A stretch of 33,150 bases of DNA from a virus. Taxonomy: Duplodnaviria > Caudoviricetes. Below, piece after piece: positions 19,921 through 28,017 of the stretch; the stretch's first letter is position 1; the number at the start of each line of letters is the position of its first letter. Below the pieces are notes generated by a model that saw only the letters and a program-made list of their open reading frames with translations, was not told the DNA's origin and ran no database searches. Where the stretch lies: the IMG/VR virus record IMGVR_UViG_3300030372_000644, positions 1 through 33,150 of that record; one strand, written 5' to 3'. The position numbers and the translations under genes are program-made.

Positions 19921-21463
19921 CAGGTTCTTCTCCCTCTTGTGGTGGAATCATTTGTTGTTGTTGCATTTGCATTTGTTGAGCCATTCTAACTATCTCTTGT
20001 CGTTCATCTAAATCTCTAATTAAACTATCAGGTATGCCAAATTTCTTTGCTAAATAAACTGCTGTTTGTTCTGATGATATTAAAATATTTAACATTTCAG
20101 GGCCAAATGTGTTGCCGACTGTTTGTAAGAATCTATTTAAAGATACTATGTCTTGATTAGATTGTGCTTGTGCAAGGGGAGATACACTACGAATCTTTAC
20201 TTCACGACCATTAACAGTCGGCATCTCTATCCTACCTTGTTTCTTCAAAATGTATATGACTCTTTGTAAAACTGGCTGTACCATTTCAGCTTGTAACCTG
20301 CCAAAAGCTGAACCTATTTTCCTAGATAGGTCTGCCATTCTTTCTGCTACTTCTGTTGCAGAAGCAGGAGTTTTATTTGGGTCACCTAGCATATCATTAT
20401 ACAATGCTCTCTTAATATTATTTCTCATATCATTAAGAATAAGGTTAGCTACATCAAAAGAACCTGCTGCTCTTACTGGTTGCAGTCCTTGTGTGTTTGG
20501 TGCTTTTGGAATCACAGTTCCTGGAACTAGGTTTATTGTATCTACATTAATGACACCATCATCATCTATCTGATAGATACCTGATATAGCCATTTGTGCA
20601 TTTTCTAATATTAATTCTATTGTAAGATTACAAGTTTTGATTGCACTTAAAGCATTTATAGCAGGACCTCTGCCATAAATTTCCCCACTTGCTTTGCTCC
20701 ATCTAAAAGCAATAAATGGATTTGCACCCACACCTTTGTAGGTTTCTTGCATAATCATTTTCTTATCAGCCATATCAATGATCATGTAGGAGTATTTTTC
20801 TTCATTTATATCATCATAAAGTTTACATGATATTTCTAATATTTTTGTAGATGCTTGTGGGTAGTTTGAAATACGTTCTAATATATTTGGACTTAATTCT
20901 GCTTTAGGATATGACACTAATATATCCTCATTTTTTATCATACGTTCTCTATACACATGGTCTACTTTTCCATCAGGGCCAGTATCTAAAACAACATGAG
21001 GTAAAGGTATAGATTGAAACCTTACTGGATTTACTGCATCACCTTCCATTACACAAAGAACAGCAGTACCTAAAGCAAGATCTATAAAACATTCATGTAT
21101 CTCTTGTGCAAAGTTTGATGTTTGCAATATTTCAAAAACATATTCGGTTACATCATCAAGAGAATTATTTACATCATCTCTTTCATTTTCAGGCACTTCT
21201 GATCCAGTAACAAAATCTGCCCACCTTGCAAAGTTAGGAGTTAAACCTGCTTGAAGTCTTGATGCAAATTCTTGAATACCAACAACAGCAGTTTCATCAA
21301 ATATTTTATCATCTCTTCTTTGTCCTGCTGAATAATTTTTAAATCCTTGACGTTGTGGCAAACAATATTCAAAGATTTCATCATACAATTCTTCAAACTC
21401 TCTCCTTACAGATAGAGCTTTCTCATATCTTTGAAGCATTAATTCAACAGTTTTTTCGTGCAT
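19898..21463 (-). CDS. Portal / head-to-tail connector
   Basis: RWSKASGEIYGRGP, SATEVAER, FGRLQAE, VSPLAQAQ motifs of T7/BPP-1-like connectors. Confidence 0.93.
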   Translation of the reverse strand: MHEKTVELMLQRYEKALSVRREFEELYDEIFEYCLPQRQGFKNYSAGQRRDDKIFDETAVVGIQEFASRLQAGLTPNFARWADFVTGSEVPENERDDVNNSLDDVTEYVFEILQTSNFAQEIHECFIDLALGTAVLCVMEGDAVNPVRFQSIPLPHVVLDTGPDGKVDHVYRERMIKNEDILVSYPKAELSPNILERISNYPQASTKILEISCKLYDDINEEKYSYMIIDMADKKMIMQETYKGVGANPFIAFRWSKASGEIYGRGPAINALSAIKTCNLTIELILENAQMAISGIYQIDDDGVINVDTINLVPGTVIPKAPNTQGLQPVRAAGSFDVANLILNDMRNNIKRALYNDMLGDPNKTPASATEVAERMADLSRKIGSAFGRLQAEMVQPVLQRVIYILKKQGRIEMPTVNGREVKIRSVSPLAQAQSNQDIVSLNRFLQTVGNTFGPEMLNILISSEQTAVYLAKKFGIPDSLIRDLDERQEIVRMAQQMQMQQQQMIPPQEGEEPDATALGG

Positions 21464-21702
21464 TATCTATCGTACTCACTAAAAAAACCTCGCCCTCCAC
21501 CAGAGCCACGAAGTAGACTTCTTCTACCTACACCTTTTCTTTTTCTTCTTAAATTAGTTTCAAGTGTATCTTCTCTTGCTTCACCTCTTATAGCTTGTTC
21601 TTCAGCCATTGCTGATTCTCTAGCTTGTTGTGCTTCAATTTCTGCATCACTTGGGGATGGTGGTGGTGGTGGCTTTTTTCTTTTAAATGGTCCTACACAC
21701 AT
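21463..21702 (-). CDS. Small virion-associated protein upstream of portal (79 aa from MCVGPF)
   Basis: SD AAGGAG before Met at 21702; MC..., Pro-rich, basic GRRSLL C-terminus typical of pre-portal genes. Confidence 0.7.
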   Translation of the reverse strand: MCVGPFKRKKPPPPPSPSDAEIEAQQARESAMAEEQAIRGEAREDTLETNLRRKRKGVGRRSLLRGSGGGRGFFSEYDR

Positions 21703-21712
21703 AGAGATCTCC

Positions 21713-23230
21713 TTACATTCTTGCCCATAATCCTTGTCGTTTTTGTTTAGGTCGTCTGTTAAAAACATCATAATCTGTTCTTGCATTAAATGTTTCAATC
21801 TTTTTATTCATACCTAATACTTGCCTTCCTTCACCTGCACCCAACATAAGATACTGCATAGCATCATGTATATGTGAGTATCGGTCTTTCAAAGGTTTAT
21901 CATCATATCGTTCTCCTGATACCTGAAGTCTACGATATTGATAACCCCCTTCAAATCCTTTTATCAGTTCTTTACACCTAAAGTCAATCAAAATTCCTGA
22001 TAAACCATCAACCATTCTATTTAACACAGAAGCAACCGACTCAATTCGTAAAGAAACATCATTGCTAGAAGTAGGTCTGGCTGTTAATCCTGCACCTCTT
22101 AAAACCTGAAAAGGAGTGGATTCATCTGTTTGTGAACGGAAATCTCCTGCAGGGTCACCAAATATATTTATCTCAAGATTGCTATATCGTGTGGCAATTT
22201 CTGCACGAAGTAACTCTGCAAATCTTACAATGCCCATATCAAATGCCACAATCTCCTGCAAGATTATCCATCTACCTCTAACCTTTTGACCAAAGACAGC
22301 AGCAGGTGTTAATCCAAAATCAAGACCAATATACAATGGAACTCCACTTGCTATTGGTATTTCTTCTTTAGCAACATGAGTATCAGCCACAAACATATTA
22401 TAAACTGGCTTACCATCTTGAATACTACCTAAACGATTCATTACATAGACATCTATCCATGATTTTGTTTTACCCTGAACAAGATTTGTATAGTAAGTCT
22501 TTAAAATATTTTTTGCATTTTCTGCTTTGTCATTTAACTTGTAACCAACAACAGAACCATCTTCATCTTTCTCTTCTATCATGCCACTTGGCTGTGTAAA
22601 GAACTGCCAGTTATCTGGCTTAACTAACATACGACTTTCTTCTAAAGTTATATGATCTGGAACTGGAACTTCACCTGACATGATTGACCACCAATGATCT
22701 TCTTCTGGACTATTGGTATCACATATTACACCTGACCATGTTGCACCTCCGTCTTTAACAGAAGGATATCTACCAACTCTCATAGTACAAGCATCAATAA
22801 TTGACTTGGGTATTTCTCTTGCTTCATTTACCCAAACTCCAGTTAACTCTAATGACAATAATTTTTTCACATCTTCAGGTCTATCAAGAGCAAGAAAGAT
22901 TACTTCCATATCTAATTCACCTTGCTTTATGTAATGTGTATAAGGAACAGACCAAGTAAATCTTCCCCATTCATTTTCAGGAAACCAGTCAAGCCAAGTC
23001 TTTATTGTAGTAGTTCTAAGTTGTGGATTAGTATTTCTTATAACTGCCCACCTTGTTTTTCTTTTACCATGTTGATCTTTATTCTGCATAAGTGAACGTC
23101 TAAACACTTCAATAGAACAAGCAACAGACTTGCCACTTCCTACTGGACCTCTTATGCCACGAAAGAAAGTACTATCTTTCATAAAGTCTTTTAAGATTTG
23201 CCCATCAGGTTTGTATTTAAATTGTATCAA
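21713..23230 (-). CDS. terL: Terminase large subunit
   Basis: Walker A GPVGSGKS, Walker B VWVNEARE, nuclease GLDFG and HIHDAMQY. Confidence 0.95.
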   Translation of the reverse strand: MIQFKYKPDGQILKDFMKDSTFFRGIRGPVGSGKSVACSIEVFRRSLMQNKDQHGKRKTRWAVIRNTNPQLRTTTIKTWLDWFPENEWGRFTWSVPYTHYIKQGELDMEVIFLALDRPEDVKKLLSLELTGVWVNEAREIPKSIIDACTMRVGRYPSVKDGGATWSGVICDTNSPEEDHWWSIMSGEVPVPDHITLEESRMLVKPDNWQFFTQPSGMIEEKDEDGSVVGYKLNDKAENAKNILKTYYTNLVQGKTKSWIDVYVMNRLGSIQDGKPVYNMFVADTHVAKEEIPIASGVPLYIGLDFGLTPAAVFGQKVRGRWIILQEIVAFDMGIVRFAELLRAEIATRYSNLEINIFGDPAGDFRSQTDESTPFQVLRGAGLTARPTSSNDVSLRIESVASVLNRMVDGLSGILIDFRCKELIKGFEGGYQYRRLQVSGERYDDKPLKDRYSHIHDAMQYLMLGAGEGRQVLGMNKKIETFNARTDYDVFNRRPKQKRQGLWARM

Positions 23231-23411
23231 TGTGCGTATTCTTCCCTATACGAATAAATTTTTCTACAATTTCAGGACCAATAGTAGATATAACTTTATC
23301 TGCTTCTCTGTTTGTACAAAACTCTTTAGGGTGATGCTTTAGGTGAACTCGTTTTACAACTTCTCGCAGTATGCGTCTTTCTTCTACTTTTAATGTATGT
23401 AAGAAACTCAT
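23217..23411 (-). CDS. Hypothetical protein
   Basis: Coupled ORF with SD AAGGAG. Confidence 0.7.
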   Translation of the reverse strand: MSFLHTLKVEERRILREVVKRVHLKHHPKEFCTNREADKVISTIGPEIVEKFIRIGKNTHIDTI

Positions 23412-23860
23412 AGTTCTCCTTTTAAAAACATTGCAAAATAATATATACCAAGTCCACCAACTATAGCAACAAACATTACAGCTAATGCTTTCATAATTGC
23501 ATCTTTTTGTTTTGCTTGTTGTTCTAATTGTTTCTTATGTTCGGCTCTTGCCCTTGCTATGGTTGCTTGTAATCTTTCCCATTGACCTGCACTACCATAC
23601 AACTGAAACAAGGAACGAAGTTCTTTTTTTAATCTGGCTTGTTCTTCTTCTTTAAAGTGTTGTTCAATAGCACTATCCATAATGCCACCAAAGATAGACT
23701 TCTTCTTTCTTTCCTTGCCAAACCCTAACTCGGCTTCTGCCTTTGCATATTTTTCAATAGCAGAAGAAGCACTGGCTAAATCTTTGCCCATCTCCACGCA
23801 CTTTTTAATTGCTCCATGTGCAGCAGTCAAAGCACCAAATGCAGATATAGGGTCAATCAT
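23408..23860 (-). CDS. Hypothetical coiled-coil protein with C-terminal TM helix
   Basis: MIDPIS start, helical middle, hydrophobic C-terminus. Confidence 0.7.
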   Translation of the reverse strand: MIDPISAFGALTAAHGAIKKCVEMGKDLASASSAIEKYAKAEAELGFGKERKKKSIFGGIMDSAIEQHFKEEEQARLKKELRSLFQLYGSAGQWERLQATIARARAEHKKQLEQQAKQKDAIMKALAVMFVAIVGGLGIYYFAMFLKGEL

Positions 23861-23869
23861 TTTGTTATC

Positions 23870-24130
23870 CTATGTAAAAGTTCTGTGGCTTTTCGTTTTT
23901 TGTGCAATCTTTCTGGGTTGTTTAGATACTTGTTTACCTTTTCTAATTGCTCTGCGTTTAGCAGCCGAAGTCTTTTTGTATTCAGAGTCAGATAAAGCTT
24001 TAATTGCTTTTTCAGGGAGATACCTTTCGCCAGTAGCTTCACTCCCTTGTGTACTAGGTTTACCAGATTTCGTTCTCCACTTTTGTCTAGTCCATGCACG
24101 AAGTGACCTTTGGGATTTTCCTAAAGTCAT
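23870..24130 (-). CDS. Small basic protein, C-terminal half of a DUF5872-like family
   Basis: QRSLRAWTRQKWRTKSGK...GERYLP...GKQ motif. Confidence 0.7.
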   Translation of the reverse strand: MTLGKSQRSLRAWTRQKWRTKSGKPSTQGSEATGERYLPEKAIKALSDSEYKKTSAAKRRAIRKGKQVSKQPRKIAQKTKSHRTFT

Positions 24131-24303
24131 TATCTGTAACCACCACCTTTGGATTTGTATTCTTTTGCCAACATCTGAGCTTTACGAGCAGACCATTGAC
24201 CTGATGAGCCACCTTTTGTTCCTGCCATAATTTTACGGAAGATAGCTTTTCGCATTGTTGGCTTGGTATAGTTTCCTGCTTCATTAACTTTACTCTTTGT
24301 CAT
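24130..24303 (-). CDS. Small basic protein (57 aa), N-terminal half of a DUF5872-like family; absent from the ORF track
   Basis: Manual translation MTKSKVNEAGNYTKPTMRKAIFRKIMAGTKGGSSGQWSARKAQMLAKEYKSKGGGYR; stop/start overlaps on both sides. Confidence 0.75.
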   Translation of the reverse strand: MTKSKVNEAGNYTKPTMRKAIFRKIMAGTKGGSSGQWSARKAQMLAKEYKSKGGGYR

Positions 24304-24410
24304 TTCTTTTTCTTTACGACCTTTTTCTTTGAAGGTAAAGAAATTTTTTTAATAGCAGCTTTTGGTGGTCTGCCCTTTTTACTTCCATACGTTCCTTTTC
24401 CCATTGGCAT
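24300..24410 (-). CDS. Very basic 36 aa peptide (MPMGKGTYGSKKGRPPK...)
   Basis: SD AAGGAG before ATG at 24410; Lys-rich tail. Confidence 0.7.
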   Translation of the reverse strand: MPMGKGTYGSKKGRPPKAAIKKISLPSKKKVVKKKK

Positions 24411-24423
24411 AGCTTTCTCCTTT

Positions 24424-24720
24424 TTAAGTTTTAGTTTTATTGCGTTTAGAAATTGCTTTAGCTTTCGCCCTAGCACTTGCTTTACTTGAAGCACCCCATG
24501 CTTTAAGCGAGAGTAACAACCTCGTAGGTTTACCTTTAGCATCTCTTTCTGGTCCTTTCATGTTTCCCATTCTTGCAAGAAAACTTGCTCGTCTGGGATT
24601 GTCGCCACTTTTGACTGGAGGTTTAAGAGTACCCTTCTTATAAGAGTCACGACCTTTTTGGTTTAAACCACCTTTAGGATTCTTTCCTTCTTTGCGAGTC
24701 CATGCTTCTGTCTTAGCCAT
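24424..24720 (-). CDS. Small basic protein (DUF6321-like)
   Basis: AWTRKEGKNPKGGLN.KGR...RRASFLARM motif. Confidence 0.72.
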   Translation of the reverse strand: MAKTEAWTRKEGKNPKGGLNQKGRDSYKKGTLKPPVKSGDNPRRASFLARMGNMKGPERDAKGKPTRLLLSLKAWGASSKASARAKAKAISKRNKTKT

Positions 24721-24849
24721 AACGTACCTTTTTTAAAAATAATGTTTGTAAGGGGGGTTGTTGTATAGGTGGCACACACTTTTTTAACCCCCCTGCCACC
24801 ATTAGTAAGCATCCATACCTACAGAGCAGACTGTATGCTGAAAGATCTA

Positions 24850-25221
24850 TCACGACAGATCAATACTTACTTCTATATTACCACTTATCAAGTGCATGGC
24901 TTTATCTATCGGTTTATATCCTGCACGATCTAGTATATCCTTACTAGCTTCAAGCTGAACGTACTCTGATTTAGCTGATGATGCTAGATCAAGAACCTTT
25001 TTACTAGCTATCGTAGCATTCAGTCCTATACTTTCTCTAACTCTTTGTTGCATATATTCTTGTATATGTGGCAACCTCAATGTCTTACTAGCTGTCACTC
25101 TGCCTGATTCCCCATCTGAATATCCTGCTATCTTACTGGCTTTAGTTACAGAACAACCAGTTGCTACAATCGTATCAATCAGTAGCATCTGTTTCTTGGT
25201 TAACTTTCTTTGTGTTAGCAT
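24850..25221 (-). CDS. terS: Terminase small subunit (likely start MLTQRKLT at 25221)
   Basis: LTKKQ...ASKIAGYS HTH-like N-terminus; SEYVQLEASKDILDRAG motif; G-rich SD before 25221. Confidence 0.8.
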   Translation of the reverse strand: MLTQRKLTKKQMLLIDTIVATGCSVTKASKIAGYSDGESGRVTASKTLRLPHIQEYMQQRVRESIGLNATIASKKVLDLASSAKSEYVQLEASKDILDRAGYKPIDKAMHLISGNIEVSIDLS

Positions 25222-25243
25222 CAACACCCCCTTATCCCCCTCT

Positions 25244-25272
25244 TTTATGAACTGCCGAAAATATGTTGTCAA
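25244..25272 (-). promoter_or_regulatory. Candidate sigma70 promoter for the late arm
   Basis: TTGACA (25272-25267), 17 bp spacer, CATAAA (25249-25244) just upstream of the terS SD. Confidence 0.5.
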
Positions 25273-25328
25273 GGGTATTTTTATTATCTTGTAGAATCAA
25301 ACACTTATAGAACACTAAGGAGAACCCC

Positions 25329-25754
25329 TTCGTTATCAGAATGAACTAACTTTGCAAGAGATCCCCAGTAACCTGAAGCATCAATCTCTGATTCGCTAAG
25401 TGGCGAACCAGATATTGTGCAACGGATAACTGCCCAACCTCTTCCCCTCTTGCAAAGTTCTTATCATCCTGATAAGCGAATCTCATATTTACAGAAATAT
25501 TGTATATATATCTAATTGGTATACGAACCAATTAGATATATGTTCTTACATAACTCGCAAGAACCAACGAGTTGTTTTTTGGGGATGCAAATCAAGTGCT
25601 CGGTATCTTATCATACGAGTAAAGGGTAGCATGATTACTATGAGTATGTCATCAAACTGATTGTAATCATGCTATGAACAAGTTCACTTCGCCCTTGACT
25701 CGCATGGGAGAGCAAACAGCGAAAGATTTGCAGACCCAAAAAACGTCTGTAAAT
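25329..25754. ncRNA. Candidate large structured RNA (or ssDNA) element
   Basis: Many nested inverted repeats, including perfect 13, 15, 12 and 9 bp stems and an 18/20 stem; no credible ORF. Confidence 0.6.
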
Positions 25755-25790
25755 TTATACATTAATATCAAAATATGAAAGGAAAATGAT

Positions 25791-26303
25791 ATGACAAATG
25801 TAAATACAAAAATAGAAGATATGGTACTATCACTAGGAGATATTTTCAACTATGGACAACTTGACAATCCAAACAAAGAAACTACCTTTGATGGAAAGAC
25901 AAACCCTAAATATAACAGCGACATTGTTTACATGTTCGGTGGTATTATCAGTCAAATAGCTTGGAGTTTAAACCAAAAGAAACCTTATGCTGATACTAAC
26001 CAAGCTAAATGGATTCAAGAAAAGGAAAACAATCCTGATAATCCTAATCCTGATATTCAAGAAAGACATGAACAGTCATTAGGTGCTATGGAGAATCTTC
26101 ATGCACTTTATGAATTTAATGTTCAATGCTTCAATACATTCTCTACATGGACATGGAACAATGGGAAGTCAACAGATGATTATGGTATGAAATGGTATGC
26201 TGAACATAGAGATCAGATATCAGATTCAAGATCATTTGGCAAGACATCAAGTCCTGAAGATAAAAAGAAAGCTTTGATGAAGCAACTTGCAAAATCTAAA
26301 TAA
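25791..26303 (+). CDS. Hypothetical protein, first gene of the early arm
   Basis: 170 aa ORF with SD AAAGGA, followed by a terminator. Confidence 0.8.
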   Translation: MTNVNTKIEDMVLSLGDIFNYGQLDNPNKETTFDGKTNPKYNSDIVYMFGGIISQIAWSLNQKKPYADTNQAKWIQEKENNPDNPNPDIQERHEQSLGAMENLHALYEFNVQCFNTFSTWTWNNGKSTDDYGMKWYAEHRDQISDSRSFGKTSSPEDKKKALMKQLAKSK

Positions 26304-26307
26304 CATC

Positions 26308-26335
26308 AAGAGGGAGTTCGCTCCCTCTTTTTTTT
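26308..26335 (+). terminator. Rho-independent terminator
   Basis: AAGAGGGAG-TTCG-CTCCCTCTT followed by a T-run. Confidence 0.9.
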
Positions 26336-26509
26336 ATGTCTAGTAAATGTACAAAGCTTCGCAATGTATATTTATTGTATTGCTAAAGCAATCATGCTTC
26401 GCATAGTTCTACAGATGCAGAACCACATCAAGTAGGGAAGTGTAACTCATGCGTGTAATCGCTTGGGTGTGCAAAATTCAACTCATCATTTTCAATTAGG
26501 AATCAAATT

Positions 26510-26650
26510 ATGATTATTCGGATTACAATTATGTGGTTAATAATACTATGTATATTTTTTACATGGGAAAAAGAAATCATAGGCAGTATTCATTGTATGT
26601 CGTTACATGAATACAACAATCAACACAATTTATTATGGAGTCAACATTGA
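26510..26650 (+). CDS. Possible 46 aa membrane peptide
   Basis: Manual ORF MIIRITIMWLIILCIFFTW...; weak SD AGGA. Confidence 0.35.
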   Translation: MIIRITIMWLIILCIFFTWEKEIIGSIHCMSLHEYNNQHNLLWSQH

Positions 26651-26727
26651 TTTATATAACAGAAGTTATTATTGTAGCTATGGTATTCATAGCATATTTA
26701 TTTGCAACAAATGCTTACACTTTATAA
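26647..26727 (+). CDS. Possible 26 aa single-TM peptide (TTG start)
   Basis: SD GGAG; MIYITEVIIVAMVFIAYLFATNAYTL. Confidence 0.4.
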   Translation: MIYITEVIIVAMVFIAYLFATNAYTL

Positions 26728-26736
26728 GAGGATAGT

Positions 26737-26988
26737 ATGATAAATCTAATTTTAAATCACTACAAGTTAATCGTAGGAGTTTGTATAATACTTTTTGGTC
26801 TAGCCACCATACCAATTGCAATGATTATATTAGATAGTGTTGAAACAAGTATTGATAAAGCACAAGTGTTTGATTATTTCGTCTGGTTTATATCAGTAGT
26901 TTTAATATTAAGTGGTTGTCTATTTAGTATTTTAGGAACTCACATAATAGTAGACTACACAACAGAAATTAAAAGGAGGATAATATGA
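26737..26988 (+). CDS. Two-TM small membrane protein
   Basis: SD GAGGA; two long hydrophobic segments. Confidence 0.65.
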   Translation: MINLILNHYKLIVGVCIILFGLATIPIAMIILDSVETSIDKAQVFDYFVWFISVVLILSGCLFSILGTHIIVDYTTEIKRRII

Positions 26989-27131
26989 ACAAGTTTATTG
27001 CTAAGCATATTTCAGAAACAAGTGATACTGGGTACAAATCTCAGTATTACAAAGTAATACTAAAAGAACTACTAGCTTTTAGTGTATTCCTAACAGCAAT
27101 GATAATGGTTTCATTACTGTTATTTATTTAA
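26985..27131 (+). CDS. 48 aa protein with C-terminal TM helix; absent from the ORF track
   Basis: SD AAGGAGGA; ATGA overlap; ...ELLAFSVFLTAMIMVSLLLFI. Confidence 0.65.
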   Translation: MNKFIAKHISETSDTGYKSQYYKVILKELLAFSVFLTAMIMVSLLLFI

Positions 27132-27156
27132 AACGATTCACAACATGGAGGTTACA

Positions 27157-28017
27157 ATGAATCATATAGAATCAATCAATAAAATAGTTGGTTATGAAAA
27201 TGACTATTCTTTTCCAATAGAAACTATACCAATGAAAGGTATGCTAGAATATGACACAGTAAATTGCCCTGATAGAATAATGATTATCAATGCAAATACC
27301 AATGAGTATCTAGGTAATCATTCAACTGCATACAGACCAGTTACAAACTCACAAATAGTAGATCCAATCAAAAATATACTAGCTGATGTATCAAATGAGT
27401 TTGTGCCACAGATAAAGACTTACGACAATGGCTCAATGATGTTGGCAAGGTTTACTTGTCGTGACATAAGGATCAAAGATCCAAGCAAAGATGATTACAT
27501 TGCATTTCAAGTTACAGTTCGTAACTCATACAATGGAGTGTGGTCTATTATGATTAATGCAGCAGGTCTACGATTATGGTGTATGAATGGGTGTACTACA
27601 GCAGATAGAGTGGCTAACTTCAGACTCAAACATAATGGTCATTTCAAATATAACTTTGACCATCTAAAACATTCAATTGATTTCTTTCATACCAATGAAC
27701 AGAGATATATGAAATGGGCAAACACTAGAGTTTCAGAGTGGGATGTTGAACGAATGTTTAATAAACTAACCTATACTGCAAGGCCTACCATTGACGGAAA
27801 GTATAGAAACGAAACACAATTCTATAATCTTATGCAGCAATGGAGAAACTATCGTGCAGATATGGGTGCAACTAAATGGTCATTGTATAATGCAGTCACT
27901 CATTGGATATCACATCCAGTTCAAGTATCTAACCCACACAAAACTGTTGTGGAAAGAGAAAGTAAACTTATCAGTTACATGAATAAATCAGATTCGTTAT
28001 TAAAGGAGGTTGCGTAA
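27157..28017 (+). CDS. DUF932/DUF945-family phage/plasmid protein
   Basis: YLGNHSTAYRPVTN, NSYNG...LRLWCMNG, TKWSLYNAVT motifs; SD GGAGGT gives start at 27157. Confidence 0.85.
   Translation: MNHIESINKIVGYENDYSFPIETIPMKGMLEYDTVNCPDRIMIINANTNEYLGNHSTAYRPVTNSQIVDPIKNILADVSNEFVPQIKTYDNGSMMLARFTCRDIRIKDPSKDDYIAFQVTVRNSYNGVWSIMINAAGLRLWCMNGCTTADRVANFRLKHNGHFKYNFDHLKHSIDFFHTNEQRYMKWANTRVSEWDVERMFNKLTYTARPTIDGKYRNETQFYNLMQQWRNYRADMGATKWSLYNAVTHWISHPVQVSNPHKTVVERESKLISYMNKSDSLLKEVA

Noticed and set aside
1699-24643. Numerous plus-strand and alternative-frame ORFs inside late genes (e.g. 14227-14673, 20250-20573, 23682-24230, 24087-24284)
   Set aside because: Shadow ORFs of well-supported genes, lacking SD sequences and recognisable motifs
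25222-25272. N-terminal extension of terS from the TTG at 25272
   Set aside because: That TTG is the predicted -35 TTGACA; a G-rich SD supports the ATG at 25221
25574-25744. Hammerhead ribozyme (CGAAA next to a stem)
   Set aside because: No correctly placed CUGAUGA core and no U-H cleavage triplet adjacent to the stem
25346-25849. ORF-track minus-strand ORFs 25346-25531 and 25667-25849
   Set aside because: No convincing SD or protein features; they overlap the structured element, and the second also overlaps the first early gene
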